Assembly: GCF_009914755.1 (NCBI RefSeq)
Contig: NC_060942.1
Source: the human T2T-CHM13v2.0 reference genome, Homo sapiens
DNA length: 64,000 bases
Strand: one strand, 5' to 3'
A program made the translations under genes and the position numbers. Each line of letters starts with the position of its first letter. Position 1 is the first letter of the stretch. Below the pieces are notes generated by a model that saw only the letters and a list, made by a program, of their open reading frames with translations, did not search any database and was not told the origin of the DNA. This document shows, in pieces, positions 48,081 to 64,000 of this stretch.

Positions 48081-48195
48081 AGCTATTAAGATGATTTAAA
48101 AATGATCACATCTTAGTTCTTGCAATTTTACACTGAAATTACTATAAGTAAGCTTCTCCTCACGTGGAAGTCATTAGCTTTACCTGTAAATATGA

Positions 48196-48593
<398 letters not shown>

Positions 48594-49861
48594 CAAGGAA
48601 AGGTCTTGAGTGTGCTACACTTGCCTGTGTGAGACTCCTGGTACTCCCTTGCAGTAATGAGTAGATTCGCCCGCAGGTAAAACAAAACCGAATCATCAAA
48701 CTTGATGTAGTAGATTTGTATTGAGTCAATGAAGCTAAGCTGGAATGATAGTTCCCTGAATTCCTTTCCCTGCAGAGTTTCCTGCATAGTTAGTGTGGTC
48801 CAGAAGAGACACTGATGTACGAGATTTGGAAGGCGGAAGAGAAGCAGCAGCATGTTGCTTTTATGCTCAGAAGGTGGGTGCAGGGCCCGGGACCTGTTCT
48901 GCTCACGTGTGTGATTGCACCTCTGTTGGCCGCCCTGGGGACATGGGCAGCAGCTGGCCTCACAGCTGCTCCAGCTTCTGTGCCCAGGGAGTGTGTTTAC
49001 CTTTGTGAGGACGAGTACCAGCAGGTCATGTTCCTCGCTGAAGTTGGGGGCACTGAGAGACTGAGGTGGGATTCGGCCTGGCCACGTATGTTCCACCTTG
49101 TCCTTGTAGGCCATGGTTTCTCCTTGCTTTTTCCTACTCATGCCCATCTTTTCTTCTTTAATGACAGCCCCATTCCCTCCAGGGCCTGGATACAGAAACA
49201 AAAGCTCCGTAAACTGCTTAGTCAACTCCCACAGTTCTGTGGGGTCAAATCACTATAATGAATCCCACTCTCATGAGTTCTGCTTCTTTGCTGGAACCCT
49301 GATTGACACCGGGTGTGATAGCATTTTAGCCTTCAGCCATTGGTACTGAGTCCTCTTGAGAAGAGCGTTGTGTGTGCACGTGTGTCTTATCAGGTATTGG
49401 TAGGAATTTAAAACATAGAGATGCTCATAGGCCAAGCAAATATTGCTCAGTTCCATTAAATAATCCCTGGAGCAATTTCTAGTCCTATCATGAGGGTCAA
49501 TAAATAGAATGTTGGAGTTTTTGTTTCTTCTTTTCCTTTATCATCCTCTCTTTAGTTTTCCAAGTTGCCTCCCACCCCCACTTTTGCCCCAGGTCTGTAT
49601 TTTAATTAATTAGTCAAAATTTTCATTGAGTGCCTACTGTATCCATACTGTATATGTGGGAATGTATCAGGCATTGTGCTGGGTACTATGGATAGAGTAG
49701 AGAACAAAATGGAAATAGCTTAATGTTGGTCCTCTTGGAGATAGGTGTGAAACAAACAAGTCAACACAGGGATATGTAATTGTAATTTCCAAAAGAACTA
49801 TGGAGGAAAAGTTACCTACAAACATATCTAAGTTACCTTCTTGACACTCAAGGTTCCTTGG

Positions 49862-50213
49862 TACTATAGCCTGAATGTTTATATTCCCTCCAAATTCATA
49901 GGTTGAAACCAAAACCAGAGTGACAGTATTTGGAGGTGGGGCCATTGGGTAATGATTACGTCATGGTGGCGGAGCCCTCATAAATGGGATTGGTGGCCTT
50001 ATAAAAGGGACCCTAGAGAGCTCCCTTGCCCTTCTGCCATGTGAGGACACAGTGAGAAGATGCTATGACCAGGAAGCAGGATCTTAACTGACATCGAATC
50101 TGCCTTAATCATGGACTTTCCAACCTCTAGAACTGTGAGAAATAAATTTCTGTTTTTTGGTAAGACACCCAGGCTATGGTACTCTGTTAGAGCAGCTGGA
50201 ACAGCCTAAGATA
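49862..50213 (+). mobile_element. MLT1A/MSTD-type MaLR solo LTR
   Basis: CCAAATTCATAGGTTGAAACC...CCTCTAGAACTGTGAGAAATAAATTTCTG. Confidence 0.8.
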
Positions 50214-50940
50214 ACTGGTCTTATACAATATGTAGGAAAGGAGAATGTATAAGAATGGCTACCAGGAAAGGTATCTGCACATCAACATTTTTCAGTGTTT
50301 AGCAGCCCACAAGGTTGCAGTCTATATGGTACAAACAAAACCCTGGAACCTTATACTCCCCAGCACAGTTATCTTGGAAACTTCTATCAAACTGAACTAT
50401 ATGAATCATACATTTATTTTTGTTTGACAATTCAGAGAATGTCTTCATATCTTTTCCTCCATTAGCGTTAGGTGATCATGTGAGCAACCCATTTCTCATA
50501 GGGCTAATTTATAGGTCTTGATTTATGTTATGCTAGATAACAAGTTTTAATTATAAATAGTAATAGAAAAAGCAGGTCTTTAATTTTGAACTGTCACATG
50601 ACTTAGGTCACCATCCTCAGCTTTGTGGTAATCTACCATGCCCATCACCTTGTAAGGGATCATAAGAAATTCATTCCCAACCTTGGTGCTCTTCACTTTC
50701 TCATTTTGTCCAAGCTTCTCAAGTTGTATTTTTTGTTCTGTAAATAATTTTCGTCAATATATTTTCTTAAAAAATATAAGGCCATTAAAAAAAAGACAAA
50801 GCAACACTCTAAACACAGCAATTATTTTTCTATCTTCAAATTAATTTCCAGTCGTTTTCACACAGGTACATATTTCTTACATAAATTAAGTAATTTGCAG
50901 TCTAGCTGAAGAAACATACAGGGAGAAGTTACTGCTGCTG

Positions 50941-50958
50941 TGCAGTAGATGGCGCCAG
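50941..50958 (+). promoter_or_regulatory. Candidate CTCF site
   Basis: GCAGTAGATGGCGCCA closely matches the CCASYAGRKGGCRS core and lies in unique AT-rich DNA. Confidence 0.55.
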
Positions 50959-51307
50959 ACACCAGGTTACTAATCAGCCTGTATTTAAATTAAACGTCTT
51001 TAAAATTGCTGAATAAATTTCATAAGTTTGATAACATCTTACTCATTTTAGTTGAGGAACATCAAATTGGCTTAGATTACATTTTTTGTCCAATTGTCAT
51101 ATAGTCCAAAGTTTTACATTTTAAAATGTCATATTGTGAAAAAGTGCTATTTATTTTGGGGAGCATTTTTAAGGGTTTTTTAAATTACACTTGTAGAAAT
51201 TCTATAAATAAAAGTATGCTTAGAGGCAATTATTTTATGTGCTAAAAATTACACATTTATAGTGTTTAAAATACTTTTTGAATTATAGCAGTAAAAAATT
51301 GCCTGTT

Positions 51308-51467
51308 AGGCTGGGCACAGTGGATCATGCCTGTAATCCTAGCACTTCGGGAAGCTGAGGTGGGAGGATCGCTTGAACATAGGAGCCTGCAGTGAGCTAT
51401 GGTTGTGCCACTGCAATCTAGCTTGGGCCACAGAAAAATACCCCATCTCAAAAAACAAAACAAAAAA
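51308..51467 (+). mobile_element. Alu monomer (FRAM/AluJ)
   Basis: Single arm; AAAAAA(T)TGCCTGT on both flanks. Confidence 0.78.
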
Positions 51468-52111
51468 ATGCCTGTAATCTGTGTGTTGGTGAGGCTGATT
51501 TTACTAGCTCTTAAAAAAGGTTTTGTCTTTTATCACTATTCATCTTTTAATACTATTCTCAGGGAGTATTGTGTGTAATGGAGGTGTTGTAGGCAGATGA
51601 AATAAGGTGCTGACTTACTTTGTAGGTGGTTAATAGTTTCTTTTTGTAGCAACAACTCAGAATGGGGAGTTTTTAGGTGAATGTCAAGCTTTGGTAATTG
51701 AACAGAACCTATCCAGTAATTATTTCAAGTTAGCATTTTAGCCCATCAATGTAAATAATGCTGGATTAGCAACATGTTCCTGTTTTTTACATAATGGAAC
51801 AGTGTTTCTGTTAGGTATGAATATCCTTGGAAAGTGATATTTTGCACATCTTTAAAAATGCGTGGCTTTATGCGTGAGCTTAGTTCTTAGCTTTATACAC
51901 ACAATATACATATTTCTATTTTGGGTAAAGTTAAAATAACCAAAATAATTAATTATTCTGGCCTTTTTATGTGGCCATTTGACTCTTTTAAGTGTGTTAA
52001 AATATTTGCTTTACAAGTAGCTGGTCTTTGCTTATGTTTAGATAAGTACCTGTGTTATTGCCCTGTTCATTTAGTAATCTAAAATTCTAAGCCAGGGGAG
52101 CCATCACCAGG

Positions 52112-52464
52112 TGATACGGTTTGGCTCGGTGTGCCCACCCAAATCTCATCTTGAATTATAATCCCCACATGTCAAAGGAGGGGCCTGGTGGGAGAGATGA
52201 TTGAAAAATGGGGTTGGATTTCTCCCTTGCTGTTCTCATGATAGTGAGTGAATTCTCACAAGCGTTGATGGTGCTTCCCCCTTCGTGTACACTCTCTCTC
52301 TCCTGCTGCCATGTAAGGTGTGCCTTGCCTCCCATTCCATCATCACTGTAAGTTTCCTGAGGCCTCCCCAGCCATATGGGACTGTGAGTCAACTAAACCT
52401 TCTTTTTATAAATTACCCAGTCTCAGGTAGTTTTTTTATAGTAGTGCAGAAATGGACCAATACA
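52112..52464 (+). mobile_element. MSTA-type MaLR solo LTR
   Basis: TGATACGGTTTGG...CCAATACA; TSD CCAGG. Confidence 0.85.
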
Positions 52465-53854
52465 CCAGGGGTCTTATAGTTAGTTGTTTCTTAGTAGATA
52501 TTCTCATTTATATCATGTGGGGATTCACTTTGGTACATAATTAAATTTCCAAGAAAACTGAAGCTTTTTTCTTAGCCAAATATATAAACTTAAAAAAATT
52601 TCTATTACTTGGAAATTTCTTAGACATCTTCTTCCAAATTACACTAAACATTTAACGATCTCTTTCTTAATGAGATGTTTTACTTTATAGTGCTAGTCAT
52701 TATTTTATTTTTTGCTGCTTGCTTCTAAATGGAATATTCCTATGGAGTGGCTGTAATTCATCGTTTCTTGCATTTTATCATTTAGATAACCTAAATACAA
52801 AAAAATTATCAACCACTGTAGCATGGATATAGATATCAGAATGGATGCTAGCTGAAAACACCTGCCTGATCATACCAGCATCTCCTAGTTAAATATTGGC
52901 ACCTCCATTTACTTCCTCTAGTCTGACTCTCTGTCCAACAAATGGCTTTCTGATGACTAATTTGGATCGCAGGTACTTTGATTGGTGGAAGAATATGCTC
53001 TGGAGATGGAATATAAATATTCTGGTTACCACTGTAAAGGTGCATCCCCCTTCACTGTAAATAAATGAGTTGGCATCCAATCTATTGGTGACATGAGAGT
53101 TTAGTAGCTGATCTGAAAAGCTGAGGATCAGCTACATTATGGCCAACCCTCCAAGCTGGGAGGCTCTTACAGAGAAACCAGCCCACCCTTCTCTGCTTGT
53201 CTTGTCCTGCTGTATCTTTCACATCTCTCCCTTTCACTCCAATGCTATCATCAGCAGAGAGTGAGAACATCTAAACAATGTTTTAATGTGGTCTCAACAT
53301 TGACCACAAAAAAAAAAAAAGCCATTTGGGTTTTGGATAAGAGCCCAAGTTTTAAATCATTAAACTTCTCCATTTCAAAGTGAAGAAGTTTAATGATTTA
53401 GTCTCAGACTAGCATGATTGCTGATAGTATGAACTCTGCAATTAAACTTTGTGGATTCAAATATTAGCTTTCCCACTTACTAGACCTATGAGCCTGCTTT
53501 CTTCCCTGGAAAATGGGGATAACAAAAGTTCTTAATACCGAGACTTTTAGGAGCAATAAATACATTCAAGATTCCAAAATAGAACTTAGCATATCATCAC
53601 TATTCAGTGAAGCTTCACCATAATTACCTTTGCTGACCTTGGTTGGGGTTTTAGCACTGCTCAAGTGCTAATCATTCCTTGTGGTAGTTATTTTAAAATT
53701 TTCACACTTTGCTCAAGCTTTTCTCTCTCCAATTCCATCCCTTTTTCCTGATTACCATGCCTCCTTCTTCACAGATAAAATATAAACGACTGAGTGTAAT
53801 CTTTCCCAGCATCCCATCATCTGTAGATTTTTTTGCCACATATCCTTTTAACTA

Positions 53855-54040
53855 AAGGATTGTTTCTCAATGTATGGTCACTAGACCAGTATCATCATCA
53901 TCACCTGGGAAACTGTTAAATGGCAGATTCTGGGGCCTCATTGCAGACCTACTAAATCAGATTCTCTGGTGGTAGAATCCAGGGATCTATGATTTAACAG
54001 AATCTCCCAGGGAATGCTAAAGTTTGAGCATCATTGCTCT
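53855..54040. mobile_element. MER5A-like hAT-Charlie
   Basis: CATCACCTGGGAAACTGTTA...CAGACCTACTAAATCAGA. Confidence 0.7.
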
Positions 54041-54202
54041 AAAGCTTGGGGGTCTGACATGCAGGTCCACTTGACCAGGTCATTCTCTCCCTGGGAGTAG
54101 ACCTTTAGCTTTATACACCAAGAGAAATAAAATCGTTTCCCTGTGATGTCTGGTGTGAACCACGGGGGTTTAGAGGAATCAAATGATGAATGGCAGGCTT
54201 AG

Positions 54203-54770
<568 letters not shown>

Positions 54771-55800
54771 CTAATGTGATGTTTTAAGATCCCTCTTTAC
54801 ATATATTAATTCATCCAATCAGATTACCCACTGAAAAGGCATATTCCTCTCTATTGTAAATGAAGGAATTGGCATTCTACCTATCGCTAACACAAGTTTG
54901 GAACCTATTTCCTTTTTGTATCGATTTGAAAGCTTAATTGCAAGAGCGCAATCTTTTTTTCCCCCCACACTTCCAAGCTCTTAAGTAAAGTTTCCATGAT
55001 AACAAGGGATTAAATTAGTGCCAACAGACAGGAAACCATGCCAGCAAATAATAATGTTTTACTTTTCTTCAAGGTGGAGAAAATAAGGATACCTTAATAT
55101 CTGATGCTTCTGTGATCAAATTAATATGTATTCTTGGGAATGGGAAAATGCCATTTTCTAATCAGGTTTTGAGTAATTAACCCACTTACTATCTATTGTC
55201 TCCAAAGGAGATAGAAACAGAAAAACCTCTCTCTATGTTAATATCAAACCCAGTGGAAGAAAAGGAAACAAGAAAGGAAATTAGGAATTATTTACAGATG
55301 CAAAGAGTAAACATTTTTGACAGGGAACTTCAATGAATACAAGTGGAAGAAAGAAATTTTGATGAGTGCCCATAATTGTGCCAACTAACCTCTGATTATG
55401 TGTACTTGTTTTACAATAAGAAATTCATTCTGAGTGAGCCTGTTTCCATGTCTTTAATATTTCTATATTATGTCTCAATATTCCCTAAAGTTCTGCAGAA
55501 GAGTTCCTGCCTGTGATGGATACTGTGGTTGGCTTCCTCATTACCCCTTCCGACCCTCTTTCCCCATTTCCCTCTCATTTTACAGTCTTGAAAGCTAAGA
55601 TCCCACTTCTGGCTCTCCTTCAACTTGGGTGGCCGTGTGATATAGCCTGGCTCTTGAGGGATAAGTTGGAGTCTTCCACCGGGGGCTTCTGTGCAAGTCT
55701 TTGCTTTTGGATATAGATGTTTCCCCTTTCTGACTCGATTCTTCATCTCCTGCTGGGAAAATGGTCTCAACTGCTGCAGCTTCACAACCTGCTTGCTACC

Positions 55801-56158
55801 TGGTATGGTTTGGCTGTGTCCCCACCGAAATCTCATCTTGAATTGTAGTCCACATAATCCCCATGTGGAAGGGACCTGGTGGGAGATAATTGAATCATGG
55901 GGGTGTTTTCCCCCATGCTGTTCTCGTGATAGTGAATGAGTTCTCACGAGATCTGATGGTTTCATAAGCGTCTGGCATTTCCCCTGCTGGCACTCATTCT
56001 CTCTCCAGCTATCCTATGAAGAGGTGCCTTCCACCGTGACTGTACGTTTCTTGAGGCCTCCCCAGCCATGTGGAATTGTGAGTCCATTAAACCTCTTTTC
56101 TTTATAAATTACCCAGTCTGGGGTATTTCTTCATAGCAGCGTAGAATGGACTAACACA
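55801..56158 (+). mobile_element. THE1D-like MaLR solo LTR nested in an older MLT1-like LTR (~55525-56330)
   Basis: TGGTATGGTTTGGCTGTGTCCCCAC...GGACTAACACA; TSD CTACC. Confidence 0.85.
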
Positions 56159-56426
56159 CTACCATTAGGAAGAGGCCAGATGGCTATCAAGCCTAAGGCC
56201 TGATATCTTTGAGCTGCTGAAACAAAGCCAGCAATTGTCTACCTCATGATCATAAGTGCAAGGAAAGAAAATCATCACGTGTTTAAACCATCATTATTTG
56301 GGTTTTCTGTCACTTGGAGTCTACCTGATACATGGTCTGTCTCAGTGGAACTAGGATAAAACAAGTTTTTGATAAATGAGTCAGAGTGGAGATAGCAATG
56401 AGACAGAGACAGATTCAAGAGAGGAC

Positions 56427-56719
56427 AGCCCTGGCACGGTGACTCACGCCTGTAATCCCAGCACTTTGGGAGCCCGATGTGAGCAGATCACCTGAGGTCA
56501 GGAGTTCGAGACCAGCCTAGCCAATATGGAGAAACCCTGTCTCTATTAAAAACACACAGATTAGCTGGGTGTGGTTGTGTGCATGCCTGCAATCCCAGCT
56601 ACCGGGGAGGCTGAGGCAGGAGAATGGCTGGAACCTGGGAGGCAGAGGCTGCACTGCAGTGAGCCGAGATTGTGCCACTAAACTCCAGCCTGAGTGACAG
56701 ATTGAGACTCCATCTCAAG

Positions 56720-56751
<32 letters not shown>
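56427..56751 (+). mobile_element. AluS with a long pure A tail
   Basis: Forward dimer; GAGGACA on both flanks. Confidence 0.9.
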
Positions 56752-56753
<2 letters not shown>

Positions 56754-57224
56754 ATTGAGGACAAAAAAGATAAACTTAAGGTGAGAGTTTAGGAAGTCAG
56801 GGAGAAAATTGTCAATATGTTCCTCTCTGAGATGATGCATTATCTGCTCTGATATGCTAGTCCGATAGATAATAATTTCATAGAAATGTTATTTTCCATA
56901 CAGGCTCAAAGAAGGCTACCAAAAGTTCGTGTTAGAATATGTGTGAGCCTCTTGCACAGTTTCTCAATGGGGTTGCTCTTAAAATTTTGGACATGACTTT
57001 TCTTTATATGGAGAAACTATTACACACATGTGAGATATTTATCAGACCAAGCCCCTGCTCATTAAATGTCTATAGTGCCTACCTGTGATTTTGACAAACA
57101 AAAATGTTTCTCACATGTCAAATGCCACCTGGGAGGGTGGCCATATGGCTGGTAAAGAACTGCTTTCTTAGAGCATCTAACACGGTGCCCTCAAGTGGAT
57201 GTATTTGGTTAAACAGCTCCCATT

Positions 57225-57412
57225 GAGTGGTATGCTAGTAAGCTAGCTCTCTGAAAAAAAGCCCTGATTTGTAGCCTTTGCCAATTTCTATGTTGTAAAT
57301 ACTCCAAATGTGTCAATTTCATGCTGTCCATGGCTTAACCACTGGCTTGTGAAATTTAAAAATATTTAACAGTTGGCTCTTGAGGGCAGGTAGAGCTGGT
57401 TTCAGCACACCC
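57225..57412. mobile_element. MER63-like hAT fragment
   Basis: Degenerate TIRs GTGGTATGCTAG / CAGCACACC. Confidence 0.5.
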
Positions 57413-60074
57413 ATATGCTCATAGAAGTTCAGGGTTGGAAGGAACTTAGGGATTACATAGTACGCCTTGTTTTATAAAAGAAGTAACACTGAAGAAGGTT
57501 TACAGTCAGAAGTATGTATTTTGTTATGACCAATCAGTCTTTGTCTAAACAATGCCCCAACAAATTTTCCAGGGAGCCTAAAGTTATTAGTGGCTTAGCC
57601 ACTAAATGACGATGGTTGTGGAAAGTGACTCAGGTCGCAGACCAGGCTGCAAATTCTTTTCAGGCACTTTGCCTTTGGGTTTATCTAATGTGTAGGTACA
57701 CTTAATATGTATGCGTTACTTAGGTTAAACATACAAGCTGACATTTATTTGATGCTTCCCATGACCCAAAGGATTAAAGGGGAGAGAAGGAAATGTCCTA
57801 CCTACAGAGCTTGCTCTATTGTGTCCCCTTGTTTGCAGTAGCTACTTAAGCCTTTGGCTGGAAAGGGGAGGAGAGGTTCTCCTTGGCAGCCTCCATTTCC
57901 ATAAGATGCGAGATCGTCTTCTTTTGGTCATCTACAGAGTCCAAGTGGTTGCAGCAGTGACATCCCTTTGGAGCTTCTTCCTCCTACATAAAGATTCCCT
58001 AAGTGGAAGTGGAGGTCTTCCCTTTTTATGAGACTGGTTACTGCTATAACTGGTATTAGTTTCAGTTAGATGTGTCTGTTGTTCACCCTCTTGTCTCTCC
58101 TTCACTGTCACAGTCATCAAGCCAACACTTTCATGATTATATACAAAATTTTCAATTTTAGACCTGGGGCATGCAATCATTTAGACAATAGCCTACGCAC
58201 TATCGATAGAAACCTTCATTGCTTGGTATGGCCCTGCAGGACTTTCATGGGATTATGTGTATCTATAGTGTCAGAGCCACAACTAGAAATCAGGTCTCCT
58301 GGTTTCCAGGCATTAATGAACTTGGCCAAGGTCAGAGAGCTAGTAAATAGCGGAGCCAGAATTCAAACTGTGGTCTACTTACCTACTATAGTACACAAGA
58401 GGAAAGGAAGTAGCTGCTGCCAGCTTTGGCTTAGGAAGAAGTTCTAGGTCATATTCCAGCATGCAAGTGACAGAAGCCATTGTCCTAAATCCAGCATCCC
58501 ATTAGATTGCCTCTGATAAATTGGACTATTAGAGCTATGCCTAATTAGCCTTTTGCAAGAAATGTCCATGATAGCGACGTGGTAACATCATGGACCTCCT
58601 CACTACAATTTCAGTCACCTGAAGCAGGGATAGATAACCCATTCTGGGGGCCTGCAGGGCTGCCAATAGCTTTGGAATTAGGTACACTTGGGTTCAAATC
58701 CAACTCAACAACTTACTAGATGGGTGTCTTGGGGAAGTTTTATTTTCTTTAAACTTTTGAGTCCCCTCACTGTTTCTGGGCTCTACTAGCTTCCTATGTC
58801 ATTGTACTTAATATGGATTTTTATTACCTATTTTCATGTCTTCCCCACTAGTCTATGAGTTCCTTAGTGGCATTTTTGGTTGTTAATGTTAGTGTTCCTA
58901 GTGATGATTACACTGTTTGTTATGTAATAGGAGCTTAATGAATTTTGGATAAATCACTGAACAGTGAAAGATGGTATGTCTGAGCTTTGACTATATTGGG
59001 GAAAGCTTGTCCTATGACTTGGGATATGATTGGGAATATTTTCTTTCTGTAAGTAAAAATGTCCTGAACTTCCTAAGATTTTTCACTATTCAAAATGTTT
59101 CGTTGCTGTACAGGTAATGGGGATGCTTTAGGACAAATCAATCCTTGCTTTATCATCTTTTAGACGTATGAGAACCCCGAGAGAACAGGCTAGGCTGGAT
59201 TTGGCCACTAGGTGGAACGCTTAACCTAATGTCAACACCTGTTGAAACCAGCTGGATTTATTTCCAAACCCTTTATGGATATGAATCTTATGTACAAATG
59301 GAAGTTTCTAACATTCTAGAGCTGTCATTTCTCATGTCCAAGAAGACCAGACCTAGGATTTATTTTGTCTCTTCAATATATTGTGAACCTTCAGAATGTA
59401 ACTAAGCTGCCTCCTATTTAGAAAGCAAAGGCAGAGGTAGAGAATTATTCTTCTTGTCTTTGGTTGATGTTAAGAGAAGAACTCCATGGGCACCGCCCTA
59501 TAAATCATATGGAAAAGTGAGGGATAATTTCAAAAATAGATATCAGTTTAGTAAAATTTAAATCAGCCTATAATTTAAACAAACTTGAAACAAGTTCTGA
59601 TGAAGTGATACCCATTTTTTTTCCACCTTGCAATCATTTAAGTATTGTTTCCTATTATAAAATGTCCATTGCCAGAATTACAGTTTTATAATTTAATATA
59701 GTACTTTTGTGATATTTGAGAGAATCTTATTTTTGGAAAAGTTGTTTATGGAAAATGTAAACTGAAAACAAAGAAAAGGAAGAGAGTAAAAAACATCAAG
59801 GGCTAAAAGGAAGAACAAAGAACAGAAAACCTAAGACCCACGTTGAAAGTGATATTCTAGGAGTATTTGAAGTATGTTACAACTCTATATGACTTTAGTT
59901 AGGTTAAGGATGAAGGGAACACTTTCTTCTTCTGTTGGTTAGTTGTACTTTGGCAACTTGTTTTTAGAATTCAGAATTTTCATCTTAGTTTAATAAGAAA
60001 CTGCTCAAACTTTGTAAGACAAATACACAAAGTCTACACTTGTAATACAGGCTAATTACAAAGAAACCTCTGTT

Positions 60075-64000
<3,926 letters not shown>

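Overview
Primate, almost certainly human, AT-rich intergenic DNA with no intact spliced protein-coding gene. The main feature is a 5'-truncated processed pseudogene of NFE2L3/NRF3 (32106-35430, + strand). It has three frameshifts, a late nonsense codon, a long 3'UTR, a poly(A) tail and a GAAAATTCC target-site duplication (TSD). From recall, not verified, it is probably NFE2L3P1 at 18q21. A full-length 7SL RNA pseudogene follows it. The rest is about 36 Alu/FLAM copies, MaLR/ERVL/ERV1 solo LTRs, L1/L2/MIR fragments and DNA-transposon fossils. Most ORFs in the track are repeat-derived noise. Points worth a second look: a retrotransposed CpG island that has not decayed; a residual 290-aa CNC-bZIP ORF; an apparent Alu-Alu gene-conversion tract across 24 kb; a templated insertion with a triplication scar; an inverted pair of FLAM+GCAGG composites; a 48-bp palindrome; and candidate CTCF, DUX4 and AP-1 sites. 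Repeat subfamily calls and boundaries are by eye and approximate. There is no strong evidence for a novel coding system.
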